Below, piece after piece: positions 36,517 through 50,240 of a stretch of DNA of 64,000 nucleotides (positions are counted from its first letter, which is position 1; each line of letters opens with the position of its first letter). Position numbers and translations under genes: made by a program. The notes under the pieces are model-generated. The model ran no database searches. It had not been told where the DNA came from and saw nothing but the letters and a program-made list of their open reading frames with translations. Origin of the DNA: Octopus vulgaris (Eukaryota); the NCBI GenBank assembly GCA_951406725.2, contig OX597815.1:168392001-168456000 (forward strand). Direction: 5' to 3'.

Positions 36517-37624
36517 AGCCATTAGGAAATAAATTTTTAAAGAAAACTTGTACGGGGCTGTCACTGTGTGTGTATGTGCGTGTTTGTGTGTGCACACGTG
36601 TGTGTGTGTGTGTGTGTATGCCCTTGAATGCTTATATTCTAATAATCCTAAGTTATATTCTGACCAGGCCAATGACTTCTAAGATTCTCTTATTCTATGA
36701 ATGTGTTGGTCAAAAGGTCTAATGGAAAATGTTAAACATTAGTTTGCTAATACCAACACCTTTTAACATTTTCCTTGATGAAACCAATGACTTTTCTTAA
36801 CATTTCCCCACCCCCTATATTACCATGTGGTAACATCCTTATGCATTTAAAACAACGACCGTCACACATTTGGGGTTTTTTGACATCTGAAAAAAAAATT
36901 CCCGTGTTTCAAACTTTCAACAAGTACAACTCCTCAAGAGCAGACAATGTAATTCATTAATATTGTTGTTTAATTCCTGCTCATTCATGATCAACCAGAT
37001 CTATGAATGAAAGTTATTTCAGTTGCGACCATCCTATCTATTTTTTTCAGTTACTGAGTATCTAATGAAGTATGAGGCATTTTGGCAAAGACAAAGGCAT
37101 TTTGCTGATTCAACACTGACTTATTTGACATCCGACCTTTTAATGGTTCTCTTGGTCTCCTCCTCCTCCTTCTCTTTCCCTTCCTCTCTTCTTCTCTCTC
37201 CTTCCTTCTGTCTCTATTTCTCTCACTTTATGAGTGTGAGTATATTTCTCTTGATGTGTATGAAGAGAGGGAAAGTGTTTATGTCAGTCATGTTCCATAC
37301 ATAAATTGTAATCTCTCTCTCTCTTTCTTTCTCTCTCTCTCTCTTTCTCTCCATATGCACATATGTATTTATGTTTGCCTCTAACACCAAAAAATATTGT
37401 TGCCAATACAGACTGAGTGTCCAGTCAGCCGTGTCAAATCATCAGCCTTCAAACAACTATATTTAGTCATCTCATTCCATATCTAGAACTTCATTATCAT
37501 ATGTCCTTCCTTTTTTTATGATCGTAACTTATAGAAGGATTTAGGATTAGCTAGCTTTCTCTACCTTTAAAGCTATCAATTTGTTGAGGTGGTCATGAAA
37601 ATCTGTCTTTATGATTTTTTTTTT

Positions 37625-37858
37625 TAATCTTTCAACTGCAAAATTAAATTTCATGGTTATTCCTGTAATGATTTTGGGTATCTGTCCAGAAACAGACTGG
37701 TATTTTCTGCAAGTCACATTGCCTCAATAAATTCAACAAAAATTGTTTCAAAACATGATATTCCTCAATAAAAAAAAAGATTTGTATATAAAACTGCTTT
37801 CCACAGTTAAGGTAATGAAATTTTTGAGTGGATATATCTGATTTCTGCAGTAAAAGGG
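37625..37858. mobile_element. TTAA-flanked MITE (second family); copy at 54200-54445
   Basis: aactgcaaaattaaatttcatgg shared with 54207; ends gcagtaaaagggttaa. Confidence 0.55.
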
Positions 37859-39065
37859 TTAAACAATTTTTGTACTTTATTTCATTGTTTCTTGAGAGTC
37901 ATTTTATCAATAAGAAATACTTTCATTCTGTTGTACTTTTCTTAATGTTATTAGTCAACTGATTAACCAATTAACTAATCATCTACTTGATTAATCATTC
38001 AATCAATCAATCAATCAATTAGTTAGTTAGTTTGTCAGTCCAGTTCTCATCATTCGCAACCTCTTTGGTGATGTTCCCTTGTTATTCCGGACCTGTCTTG
38101 TCTCCAATGTCATTGATAAGATAACAAATAGTGGCAATCAAACTCTGACAAACTAACATATTGATTGAGGGACCAAATCATTAAACAAACAATCAATTAG
38201 TTAATTGCTTAATTTGTTAACTAGTTGATTTAATAAAAAGAAGTAAAATAGAACCAGTGCAAATGTTTCTTATTGGCAAAATTTTGTTTTATTGAAATCA
38301 AAAATAAAATATTTATTCAAAATTTTATGTTAATTTATGTTCCAAACACCAGCATAATAATTGCAACGTTATATACTGATAAATTTTTCATTATTTTCAA
38401 AATTAATTGAAAGACTAGTAATGTATTTCAACAGAAATATCGTAACCAAAGGGTGTTAATGATGAAATAGTTGGTTATTCTTCTGAATTCCTCCAAATTC
38501 TCGATTATTTAAAAAATTATTTGAAGCATCAGCAATGCATTTCATTAGAAACATAGCAACATAATGCTTAAATAAAAACAAAGGAAATCATAACTTTTCA
38601 TCTTCTGTCATCTCAAAGTGTAAATGCAATTATTTATAAAACATCAATTATGTAGAATAAAATTAGGCAATGAAAAGGGCAGAAGAATGGAAGGGAAATA
38701 AAAATATGCATTAAAAATGGAAAAATTGCAGTTTTTGCAGCCAACCATAAAATGCAATTATTTCAATGTGATCGGAAATATTTGCAAAAATTCTGGTAGT
38801 CCATATTTCCTTTAATTTAATGGTAGGTTGGCAAGATTGTAAATTCCAGTAGCAAGCTGACTGCTTTTTTTTTTAAATATTGAATTCGCCATATATTTTG
38901 AATAAATCATTTTGTAATAAATAAATAAATAAATGAATATGTAAACTTGAAATTTTTTCTCTGTTGTTTTATAGATTAGTTTTGCAGGTCACCTACAATG
39001 AAATTTGAAAATGACTTTTTAAAAATTGATAAATTAGTAAAATTTTTACTTTATTTATATACTAC

Positions 39066-39570
39066 AAGGTGCAAGAGTAGCTGTGTGGTAAGTAGCTTGC
39101 TTACCAACCACATGGTTTCGGTTCATTCCCACTGCATGGCACCTTGGGCAAGTGTCTTCCACTATAGCCTCGGGTCGACCAAAACCTTATGAGTGGATTT
39201 GGTAGACAGAAACTGAAAGAAGCCCGTCGTATATATGTATGTGTTTGTCCCCTGAACATCGCCTGGTGTGTTTACGTTCACATAACTTAGCAGTTCGGCA
39301 AAAGAGACTGATAGAATAAGTACTAGGCTTCCAAAATATAAGTCCTGGGGTTGATTTGCTCGACTAAAGGTGGTGCTCCAGCATGGCTGCAGTCAAATGA
39401 CTGAAACAAGTAAAAGAGTACAATGGAAAAACAGGTTTCTGTCTACCAAATCCACCCATGCGAAGGTTATAGTAGAAGACACTTGCCCAAGGTACCACAC
39501 AGTGGGACTGAACCCAGAACCATGTGGTTGGTAAGCAAGCTACTTTCCACACAGCCACTCCTATGCCTAT
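39066..39570. mobile_element. Two family A SINEs in tail-to-tail inverted arrangement
   Basis: + copy 39066-39420, partial minus copy 39435-39570. Confidence 0.75.
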
Positions 39571-39837
39571 TATAACATTTTCAAATTTATTATATAGTTG
39601 CCCAGAAAGTTAACCAATTTTGCCACTTTTATGAATTTCTTAAAAAGCCATTTTTTTCTCTATTAATCTTTTTACTTGTTTCAGTCATTAGACTGCGGCC
39701 ATGGTGAGGCACTAGCTTGAAAGTACAATTGACCCCAGTACTTACTTTTTTTAAGCTTTGCATTTATTCTATCAGTCACTTTTACTGAACCACTAAGTCA
39801 TAGGAACATAGAAAAATCAATACCGGTTGGGGACAAT

Positions 39838-39885
<48 letters not shown>

Positions 39886-40186
39886 GTGTGTTGACTGGTT
39901 TCACTTTCGCTAATCATGACATTGAAATTATTGTAATTTAATATTTTTTCTTAAGAAGATTTTAGTCTATGTTGAGTGTGAAGAAGTTTATGAATGAATG
40001 ATTCAACATGTAGAAAAATCTAAGGAGAGGTAATTGGTAATTGTTATTACTGGGGACATGGTAGGTAATTGTTCATCTTTCAGGAAAGGGATAAATATGC
40101 ACGAAAATTCAAAAGCTAAAGTAGTGAGAAGAAATATGTACAGTGATGGGTATGTAATCATGAATTAAAATATGTACTGAGATCAA

Positions 40187-40640
40187 AGTTGGTTATGTAT
40201 TCATATTTAGACATGTTTTGTATTTTTCAGTGAACAAATTTTCTTTATTTAAACATTCCTGGAAGGCTCGGAATTCCTATTCAAAGAAGGAGTGAGGTTC
40301 ACAATTAAAACTAACTTCACTTGTGCATCCAAGAATCTAATTTATGTTATAACTTGCTCAGGTTGTGGACATAACTATATAGGACAGATAAGTATAACAC
40401 TGAGATACAGAACCATGCTTCATAAGGAACAGATCAGGTTCCTGCAATACAGACAGATTCCTTTGGGTGTATACATAAAGAGATGTGCAAGTAATATCCT
40501 ATCAAACTTCACAGTTTTCCCCATCTACCAGTGCAAAAAGACAATTTCTATACAAGAACATTTAAATAAAGAAAATTTGTTCATCGAAAAATACAAAACA
40601 TGTCTAAATATGAATGTGTAACCAACTTCTTTCTTTAAGC
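40187..40640 (+). mobile_element. Penelope-like (Neptune-type) GIY-YIG endonuclease fragment with an inverted 3' copy
   Basis: FTCASKNLIYVITCSGCGHNYIGQI...LRYRTMLH; 40187-40258 is the reverse complement of 40556-40628, typical of 5'-truncated PLE insertions. Confidence 0.8.
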
Positions 40641-40934
40641 CATATTCTCAGATAGAGACATGACAAAAATGAAAAAGAGTGGACTACCATATGATAAAAT
40701 TGAATAAAGTCAAAGGAAATCCATCTAAAAGAAGGTAATATATATAAACCAACAGTTTGGGGATTTTGGAAAAGAAGATGTTTTGGAAGTTATGGTATGA
40801 TAAAAGGAACTATTGAAATTAAAGAGAATTACAGAAGAGTTTATAGCAATGGCAATATATAGAAAGTAAATTTTCTTACTTAAATTCAACTGTTTATTTC
40901 TTTTATATATTTCATTCACTTTATCATGGTATCA

Positions 40935-41230
40935 ACCAAGCCATCAGATGCTATTATACACTGCTGGTCACAATGCACTTCCTATTTTATCTTGATTGAG
41001 CTATTCTCTTCCATCTTAACTCAAATTGCTTGACCAAATCCTCTTCCCATCATCATAGGGACCTTCCAAGTGGCCTTTCCTGATCTCTTGCATACCACAT
41101 GGCAACTGCACAGGTCCACCTATTGTCTGTGAACCTTGTGACATGTCCAGTTCAGTGGAACTTATGCTTCAAGTACTCTGCAATCACATCAGTCACTCTG
41201 TTTCATTCTCAAATTATCTCATTATGTATT
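40935..41230 (-). mobile_element. RTE-like LINE 3' fragment
   Basis: Minus-strand H*TGHVTRFTDNRWTCAVAMW...RPLGRSL..W resembles the RTE C-terminus; 3' end shared with SINE family D. Confidence 0.55.
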
Positions 41231-42782
41231 GTAAGTATATTGATCTTAATTGAAATTATTTCAAGGAACAGTTAAGTTTATAAAAGCCAGACTTTACTGT
41301 TATTTTATCTCAGTTCTACAACTGCTGACAGTGTCCAAAATTTTACCTTTGATAAAAGATCAGAGCTATCGACAGCACTTAAAATTATATCCAAATTTGA
41401 TTTAATATATGCATTTTTTTCCTGCAATCCTATTCTCTTGAACTAAATCAAGATTATCTGTAACCATAACAAACTTTTGCAGCATCTGTGGCGACTTGAA
41501 TATTTCAACTTCTATCAAATTCGAAATATTCATAAAAGAAAACAGCTTTTCTTTTTTCTTTTTCCTTTTTTTTCTTCTCTAAATCAAGTTTAGAATTTAT
41601 TCTAAAATCAATGAAATATATCTCAATTATTTTAATATTCATATCAAATTCAATTTTAGTTCTAATTATATTTTTAATGCTTTATTAAGTGCAATGGAGA
41701 GATAGTAAGCTCCCAATATATTGAGACAGTAACCTAAATTCGATTCACAAACATAGCTATTTTGCTTAATTTACAAATGCTCTTGGGATAGAGGTGAATG
41801 TGTCTACTACCATTCATCCACTTCTACTCCTTGGAATCAATAGAACCACTTACATATGGATGGAGTTTCTCTTCATCAAAGGTCAAGCAGTTGATTCTAA
41901 TTATTGCACATGTACATAAGATGAATATATATTTTATATATAAGTCAAGACATCCTCAATTTTAATTCTTGTTTATATTTATATGATAATTCTTATCTCA
42001 TAAAATACCCTTGAAAAAGTCAAGAATGTTATTGAAACTAAGTTGTCCTTCTTTATAACTATGTAAGAAATACACATATTTTTATTGAAATCTCTATTGA
42101 AATATTCAATAAAATAAATCATAATTAAGCTGAATTTTAAATCAGAAATAATCAAGACAAATGAAAATATTTTTCAGTTTATAGCAACATGAATTATCAA
42201 CATGTGAATTAATGTGAGCTCTTTTTAATTTATCTAAAATTAAAGAATTTATCTAAAAATATATTTATCAACTTCCACATTCTAATACCTAAATATTCTT
42301 TTCAAATTGAGATTCATTTTAAAATAAAACCAATGGAAAATAGTGAAAGCGAAAGCAAAAGGAAAACAAATTAGTTTGATATAATTTTAGCAGTCAATTT
42401 TCTGTATTAAATACCTTATATCAGATGATAATTTAGCCATCTGATAAACATAGATTGATAAAATAGGAACTAGGTTGAAGAAAGTACTGGGGTTATGATT
42501 CACCAACAACCTTGCAGTCAATACCTCAACATTGCTATAAGCCAGCGAATGAAATTAGTAAAAGGATAAAAGAATTTACCATTGATCTGGATTGGTTGAT
42601 ACATATGATACATATATTGTGCAAGTATGGCTATGTAATTAAGAAGTTCACTGCACAACAAATGGCTTCAGGTTCAGTTCTACTGTATGGCACCTTGAGT
42701 AAGTTTCTTCCACTATAGCCTTGGGCCTACTAAAACCATGTGAGTGTGTTCGGTAGCCAGAAATAGAAAGAAGCCCATCATA

Positions 42783-44551
42783 CGAGATGGTAGCAAAAAG
42801 TTCCTGGACTAGTTATGTTTACTAAAAATTACTTATTTACCTAAGTTTTAACATCAATTCCCTTGAAATAATCACCTTGCATAACAATACACCCATTCCA
42901 ACATTCATGCCAATTTTGGAATCTAGCCTGGAAGTTGTTTTCCATAAGCAATTCAAGGACCTTCTGCAATTTGCTCTGGATCTTGACAACAGTGTTAAAA
43001 CAATGATCTTTGAGTTGCATTTTCATGTTGGGGAAGAGATAGAAGTTCACAGGTGCTAAATCTGGCAAATAAGATGGGTGCAGAAGCAATACCATGTTGT
43101 TTTGGTATATACATATACACACAAACACATATATCTGTGTGTGTGTGTGTGTGTGTGTATGTGTGCACACTTTTGTGTTTGTCCCCACCATTGCTTCACA
43201 AACAGTGTTGCTGCGTTTACATTGCTGTAACTTAGCAGTTTGGCAAAAGTGATTGAAAGAATAAATAACAGGCTTAAAAAATTAGCATTGGAGTTGATTT
43301 ATCTGACTACAATTCTTCAAGATGGTACTTCAGCAAGGCTGTAGTCCAGTGGTGGCCCATAGATAATATTAGTAGGGGTGCTGCTTTAGAAAATTTTTAG
43401 CCATTGTTTTAATATTGTGTAAAAGGAAACAAACATATAAAAAGAAAATTTATACATAAACTTGATTGGTTTGCATTTTAGCCACTGCTGGGTAGTGTGT
43501 TTAATTTGTTCACTGAACACCATTGCGAATTTCCCCTTGTTTTTTCATGAATGAGGAAAGCTCAGTGACAGGGTGCATTGTTGTCATAAAAAGTTCAGTT
43601 CTTCACACTCTACAGATTCAGTCACTTTCACCAAATGTCCTCCTTCAAATGCTTCAAAACATTGCAGTAGAACTCTTGATTGACGGTCTGGTCCTGGGGG
43701 TACTAATGCTCAATGCACAATACCTCTTACTCTTTACTCTTTTACTTGTTTCAGTCATTTGACTGCGGCAATGCTGGAGCACTGCCTTTAGTCAAGAAAT
43801 TCGACCCCAGGACTTATTCTTTGTAAGCCTAGTACTTATTCTATTGGCCTCTTTTGCCGAACCGCTAAGTTACGGGGACATAAACACACCAGTATCGGTT
43901 GTCAAGCGATGTTGGGGAGACAAACATAAACACATATGCACACACATACATATATATATATATACATACATATATACGACAGGCTTCTTTCAGTTTCCGT
44001 CTACCAAATCCACTCACAAGGCTTTGGTCAGCCTGAGGCTATAGTAGAAGACACTTGTCCAAAGTGCCATGCAGTGGGACTGAACCCGGAACCATGTGGT
44101 TCGTAAACAAGCTACTTACCCCACAGCCACTCCTACGTCTATGAATACCATGGATTTTGAGAAAATGATGTGCACGCTCTTGATTGAGCTGCAGATCTGT
44201 CATGCTTTTTGAAGCACCTGTGCCACTCAAAACATTGCATACAACCCATTGCCTCATCGCCTTAAGCTTGCCAAAGTATGCTTAATGTCTCTGTAGCAGA
44301 CTTCTCAAGTTAAACGCAAAATTTCATGCTGGCTCTTTGTTCCAACTTCCTGTCAAAGACAAAACTCACTGACTACAGCATACACATGATCACAAAAACA
44401 CAAATTTCACAACCAACAAAATAAACACAGCTATGTCACTCAGTACACTGCCTTGTGAAGGTCATGGCTAGCTCTCACAATGTACTCAACCATGCACTGC
44501 CATCTGTTGGCGTACTACAGAACTAGTCTGGGAAATTTTGATACCACCTCA
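42783..44551 (-). mobile_element. Mariner (DD34D-type) element, internally deleted, with nested SINEs
   Basis: TIRs cgagatggtagcaaaaagttcctggactagtt / aactagtctgggaaattttgataccacctca with TA flanks; HPSYLPDLAPVNFYLFP..K..LK...F, W..CI...GDYF and QTVNQEFYCNVL...DNNAPCH segments. Confidence 0.85.
43735..44140 (-). mobile_element. SINE family A nested in the mariner
   Basis: Full-length reverse-complement match. Confidence 0.8.
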
Positions 44552-45021
44552 TATGTGTGGATATAGAAGACATTAAATTAAACCATAGCTGTCACTGTAT
44601 TTGTGTGAACCATCAAGGCACAAGGTGACTGGAAATGAATGGGGGTAGAAGAACTGGGAGTGTGTGTAGGTAGGGATTGCAAAGGTGCATGGAAGCGTGA
44701 ATGATGGTGAATGGATGAATAACAAATGGTGATGATGAGTGTTACGTAAGCAATGTAAAGTCATTTTAGTTCTGTTATAGGATGGGATCAATCATCATCA
44801 TCATCATCATCATCATCGTTTAGCGTCCGTTTTCCATGCTAGCATGGGTTGGACGGTTCTACTGGGGTCTGTGAAGCCAGAAGGCTTCATCAGGCCCAGT
44901 CAAATCTGGCAGTGTTTCTACGGCTGGATGCCTTTCCTAACGCCAATATGAGGGACAAATTCTATCAAGAAGTATAAAGATGTATATTTTGAGGTTCAAG
45001 GTGGGAGTGTAATTCCATATA

Positions 45022-46501
45022 CACCCAGAACCACGTTAATAGCTTAGGAGTGAAATTTAGGAATTCTTGGTTTTCTGTGAATCGATTTTTATAAATTTTT
45101 TCTCAGCTGGTCTGCACATTATGGCAACACCATTGTTATGTTTTCATTATTCTGTGTAACGTCCTTTCTTTTTTATTTCAGATTCTTCAGGTTTTGGGTG
45201 ACCCATGCAAATAGCATCTCTCTTCTCTAAGAACAAAGGGGTGTGGAAAAGGCCTCTCATTATGTCATTGCAGGTTAGGTTGTCACGTGGACACAGTTAG
45301 ACAATTCCTGGAGGCCTTGTAGCCAAGGAAGAAACAATCCGATTGTGGGACTTCCAAGACTGTGACAGCTAGGGATCTAAGGAATGTTAGCAGCAAGTTA
45401 TGTGGGAAACCTGAACGAACAAGCAAAGCCATTTTCACTACATCCAGGCTTCCTCATGTACTGGAAACCACCAGAAATCGTATCTTCAAGACTATAGCTT
45501 CTGTCCAAGAACTCCCGAAACAACTTCCTTTAATGCCCCATCAAGGAGTTTGAGATTTCAATGGGCCTAAAAGAACATGACATTAGACATGAGTTGTGCT
45601 CAGTTCACTGACAAAACCAGGGTGACCCTGACGGACCTGACAGTTGGGCAAATGATTGGGTCTATTTTGGAGATGAGCATCACCAATGTTTACGACATCA
45701 ACAACAGGGCGGATGAGTCATGTTGTGGGTTGGTATCATTGGGGACAAACTAGTTGGCCTAGTCGGGGTACCTGAGGGGTTAAGGTGACCACAGCCACCT
45801 ACTGCAATCTCCTGAAGGAGGTCTTGGATACCTAGCTAGATGACATATTGCTGTCACTTCTAAGCAATCTCGTATTCATGCATAACAATGCTCCCTCTCA
45901 TTCTGCTAGGACCACCCAAACATTACTAGGGTCTTACAGCATACAGGATGAAAGATTGATGGTGTGGCTGCCAGCATCTCCGGATCTCAACCCTATTAAA
46001 AATCTTTCGTCCATCATTAAACAAGACATTTATACTGATGCACACCAATTTACATCAAAAGATGTCTTATGGGTGACCATCAAAGCTGCAGCAGAGGCAG
46101 TCCAACCTGCTACTATTAAGAAATTGACAGATTCCATAACTAATAGAGTTTTTGAAGTTATCCATCAAAATGGCACTCATGTGGCTAAATAATTCATTAT
46201 GTCAATAAATGTTATAAAATTATTATGGTTTTCTGTTAAATATATATACTCAATGCATGCTTAATATGTATCATTACCCTTCATTTTCTGAAAAAAAAAT
46301 GTCTAGATGGGTTATTTTCATTCAAAAGCTATTAGCCTGGTTCACCCAAAAACTAAAGAATCTGAAATAAAAAGAAAGGACTTTACGAAGAATAATGAAA
46401 ACATAGCAATGGTGTTGCCATAGTGTGCCAACTAAAATCGATTCACAGAAAACTGAGAAATCCTAAATTTCACTCCTAATCTATTAGTGTGGTTCTGGGT
46501 G
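45022..46501 (+). mobile_element. Full-length degenerate Tc1-like DD37E (TRT family) transposon
   Basis: TA|cacccagaaccac...gtggttctgggtg|TA with ~180-200 bp imperfect TIRs; FTDKTRVTL.GPD.W, RHQQQGG.VMLWVGI, FMHNNAPSHSA...WLPASPDLNPIKNL; 37 residues between the mutated second D and E positions. Confidence 0.88.
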
Positions 46502-47684
46502 TAGTTCAGAGGCAGGAGCATCTTTATTTGGAAGCAGAATAATTGAAAACTTTAAGAAAGCTGTTATTCTGATTCCTTTATAAATCTCAAACAAATACAA
46601 TTGCAGTGTGGAAGACATAAGTTAGCCATTCAGAAACACACAAAAGCTTCACTTAAACATTTATTTGCAATGGTGTCAACATTTTTTTTTTTTTCGTCAG
46701 TGAACAGATCACAGTTTCAAGTAACAAAAGTTTTGAGACGATATTATAAATAAATGTGTTGTGTTTTTCTGAATGACTGACTTCCATCTTCCACATTGTA
46801 ATCGCTTTAGTTTCAGTACACAATCTCAGATCAAAAGACTTGCTATACAAGTACATCTCTGTAATCTCAAACGGATGTCTGTGGGAAAGTAGACTTTTCT
46901 AGATGATTGCTATGTTATCTGAGTCTGGTGTTTTGTTGCTCTTAGAAGAACTCTAAATCTCCAAGTGAAAGCTATTCATATATATATGCTGCGTTGCTAA
47001 CACAATGTTTAATGTAGTATTCTTGTCTCAGAAAAATATAGTGCTTTGGTATAAACCTCATAAAAATTATGAAGACAAATTCTTGAGAATCTTAAATGGA
47101 CAAAATATCCCTTTGGGCAAAAAGACATTTAGTAGAACAGAAGATGTAGTTGGTTACATGAAGGTTCTAGATTTAATGGTGTATTACAGACGTTTTCCAT
47201 GGAAACCGGGCTGTCTTGGAAGTATTATAGCCCTGGGCAAATCAATGCACAGGGCCATATAGTATTTATTTAATGACAGCAAGCCACAACATACATAGAT
47301 CAGAATTGGATCCCTGGACCTGTGAAGCTCCTGGGTAACTGCCCAATATGTCCTTGCTTTAAGAAAACACTGCCTGATGATGAAGAAACATAGTAATTGT
47401 GGTGTAAACTTATCCCAGAAAAATATATTAAAAAAATTTCTATCTAATTTTCTAAAGAAGTTTGTTTCAAGCAGAACTAATTTGAATTTATGTTTGAAAT
47501 ATGTCGAGCTAACAAGTACACAAGCATTAAGATTATATAAAAGACTCATTAAATACAATTTAACTATTAATCTAGAAATAAATTGTTTCCAATGTTGTTA
47601 GTCATGTACAAATTACATAAACCAGACGCAACAAATTAAACTAAGATAACAAGTATACTTCAAGGTTTTATTTCTTATTTAAGT

Positions 47685-47920
47685 GCATGGCTCAGTGGTT
47701 ATGAGTTTGATACCCAGACTGGGCTGTGTGTTGTGTTGTCAAACAAGACACTTTATTTCACATTTCACCAGTTCACTCAGCTGTAGAAATGAATTGCAAT
47801 GTCACTGGTGTCAAGCTGTATCAGCCTTTGGTTTTCCCTTGGATAACATTAGTGGCATAGAGAGGAAAGGCTGGTATGCATGGGTGACTGCTGTTTTTCC
47901 ACAAAACAACCTTGCCTGAA
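47685..47920 (+). mobile_element. tRNA-derived SINE family E (copies at 48220-48525 minus, 61635-61970 plus, 3730-3865 minus)
   Basis: tggctcagtggtt...gagtt..at.cccagac...ccagttcactcagctgtagaaatga shared between copies. Confidence 0.75.
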
Positions 47921-47921
47921 C

Positions 47922-47984
<63 letters not shown>

Positions 47985-47987
<3 letters not shown>

Positions 47988-48158
47988 AGAGTAAACACAT
48001 AAATGTGAAACAAGGTGGAAAAAAGAGTACTCAAATACCAGAGGTAGAGTAATATGGTTTATTTAAAAGCAGCAGAAATTTAACAAAACTGTCCTACAAA
48101 CGGGAACGTGGAACTCCAAGTAACAGCTTTTGTTAAATTTCTGCTGCTTTTAAATAAA

Positions 48159-48160
<2 letters not shown>
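47985..48160 (+). mobile_element. Short (TA)n-embedded foldback element with a degenerate hammerhead-like apex
   Basis: Arms 48058-48092 and 48123-48158 are complementary; apex CTGT-CCTACAA-ACG(GGAA)CGT-GGAA-CTC.AAGT-A-ACAG. Confidence 0.55.
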
Positions 48161-48203
<43 letters not shown>

Positions 48204-49834
48204 TAATGTTCATAGTCACATCAACATGGCTGTCTTTTCAATGGTCTTCCCTTCCAAAGCACAAGTTGAGGCAAGGTTATTTAGGTAAGACCAGCAGTCA
48301 CTCATGTATACCAGCCTCCACTCTCCATGCCACTAATATTATCCAAAGGAAAGGCAAAGGCTGATACAGCTTGGCACCAATGATGTCACAACTCATTTCT
48401 ACAGCTGAGTGAACTGGAGCAAAGTGTAATAAAGTGTCTTGCTCAAGAACACAATACATAGCCTGGTCCAGGAATCAAACTCACTACCTCATGATAGTGA
48501 GCCTGACACTCTAACCACTGAGCAGTGTGTTTTCTAAAGAGCGGTTAAGAGCTAGCTGAAATAAAAATACATGTAGCATAGAATAAAAGACAGAATGGTA
48601 AAATTCTAGCCTGAATAACGCTGAATTGTCAAGTCCTTATTTTCCAGCTGAGAAGAAGAGAATTTGAAAGTAAAAAAATTCAGAGATAAACTGTACAAAA
48701 TACAACGCAACTATAGATGTGTGCTCATCCCACCCTTCAGCCCAAATTTGTTTCCTCATAACTTTCTGAAAAATGGATATTTTTTGGATAAAAGTTTCAA
48801 CAAATACATTTCAGATGGTGTAGATTACAATTATATTGGAATTTTGATGTGAGCAAAAAAAAAAAAAAAAAAAAAATGGCCAATGGAGGATGGGGGGTAG
48901 ATATTTCACACACCTCACCAAAATATATGAAGAAACATAAATATCTAACCCCACTCCCAAATTTTTTTACATATCAAATACTGATATAATCATAACCTTC
49001 ACCATCTAAAACATATTTGTAGGAAACTTTATTTAAAAATATCTATTTTTCAAAATGTTATGGAGGAAATAAGTTGAGATGTGTGAATTATCTGAAACTC
49101 ATCTCCATCTCTCCAAAAAAATTTCCGTAATAAATTTCAATGTAACCCTTATTTATACTGTCTAAATTGTATCTTTTTTACTTTTACTCTTTTACTTACT
49201 CTGTAAAATTTTATTTAAAAAAATATCCATTTTCAGGAAATTATAAAGAAAGTTATCTGGTGGAGGGGCACACATCTGTAGCTATGGCCTAAATACATAT
49301 AGCAGAGTTTATTGATTTATTTAAAGTTGAGACTACACTCTTTTATTACTCTGAGTTTACTGTTGTTTAAATATTATTGCAGCAGTTGTGTATTTGCTTG
49401 TCTGAATGCAGTGGTCAGTAATTGGTCAAGTGTAGTGTTTTGGTGTCACTGCCATAATTAGATGTTGGCACCAGAAGTACTATAACAACCAGTTCCTGCT
49501 ACAAGTGGAATTCTAAGCTAACAATGAACTTTCTACGTGGTCAGTTGGCCTGCTAAAAATAATAGTCAATTCTCTCACAAACCACACCCTGAAGGAAAGA
49601 GAAAATATGAGCTTAGATATACTGTATCTGAGATACAAAATTAGATACAATGATCATGGCTGGAATGCCTTTTGATCATTGGTCTGCTTCACTACAGCCA
49701 ACATAGTGCTTTAAAAGCACCAAGTAGAATTCTGTTCTGCTTTTAGTTGAAAAGGTCCTTTAACTTATAATGGAAGGCAAGGTTTACGATATTGGGAGAA
49801 TATCACCTTCTCCCATTATCTCTTTTGTTCTATG

Positions 49835-50240
49835 TGTAGTTCAGGCTCCGGCAGGCGAAGAAAGAAGTCGTTAAGTACAGGTGCAATTTACAACCAGTTT
49901 ATTTCACAGAATAGGTGAAGTGCATTGCTCTCTGCAACCATCTCGAGCTGTGTGCATGGTGTTGTATCTCCATTACTGCAGGCACATTGCTTCTGGAAGT
50001 ACAACATGCAGACAGGCCCAGCCAGTGAAGTGTGCTCAGCAATCGCTGCTGCGAAGAAGCGGAGAGAAAAGGAATCAATCTGTTTCTGTTTTGCCCTTAT
50101 ATACAGTTCGCCATCACGAGCCTTGTTGTGATCTCGCACATGGCAAATGGATGCAGGTGAGGTCTCGCTCCAGTCTCAGAGATGGCAATGGCTGCCGTGA
50201 AATCTCATCCAATATGGCGCTGACTGCTTGTGCCACTATA
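49835..50240 (-). mobile_element. Probable solo LTR
   Basis: GC-richer 406-bp island bounded by tgtagt...actata (TG..CA with one change); minus-strand TATATAAG near 50095-50103 and AATAAA near 49898-49903 in the expected order; no TSD seen. Confidence 0.55.

Noticed and set aside
37908-38276. Imperfect AT-rich inverted repeat
   Set aside because: Low-complexity arms with no definable termini or ribozyme core; too weak to call.
46653-47601. Cluster of short ORFs in unique-looking sequence
   Set aside because: No recognisable motifs and no consistent splice chain.
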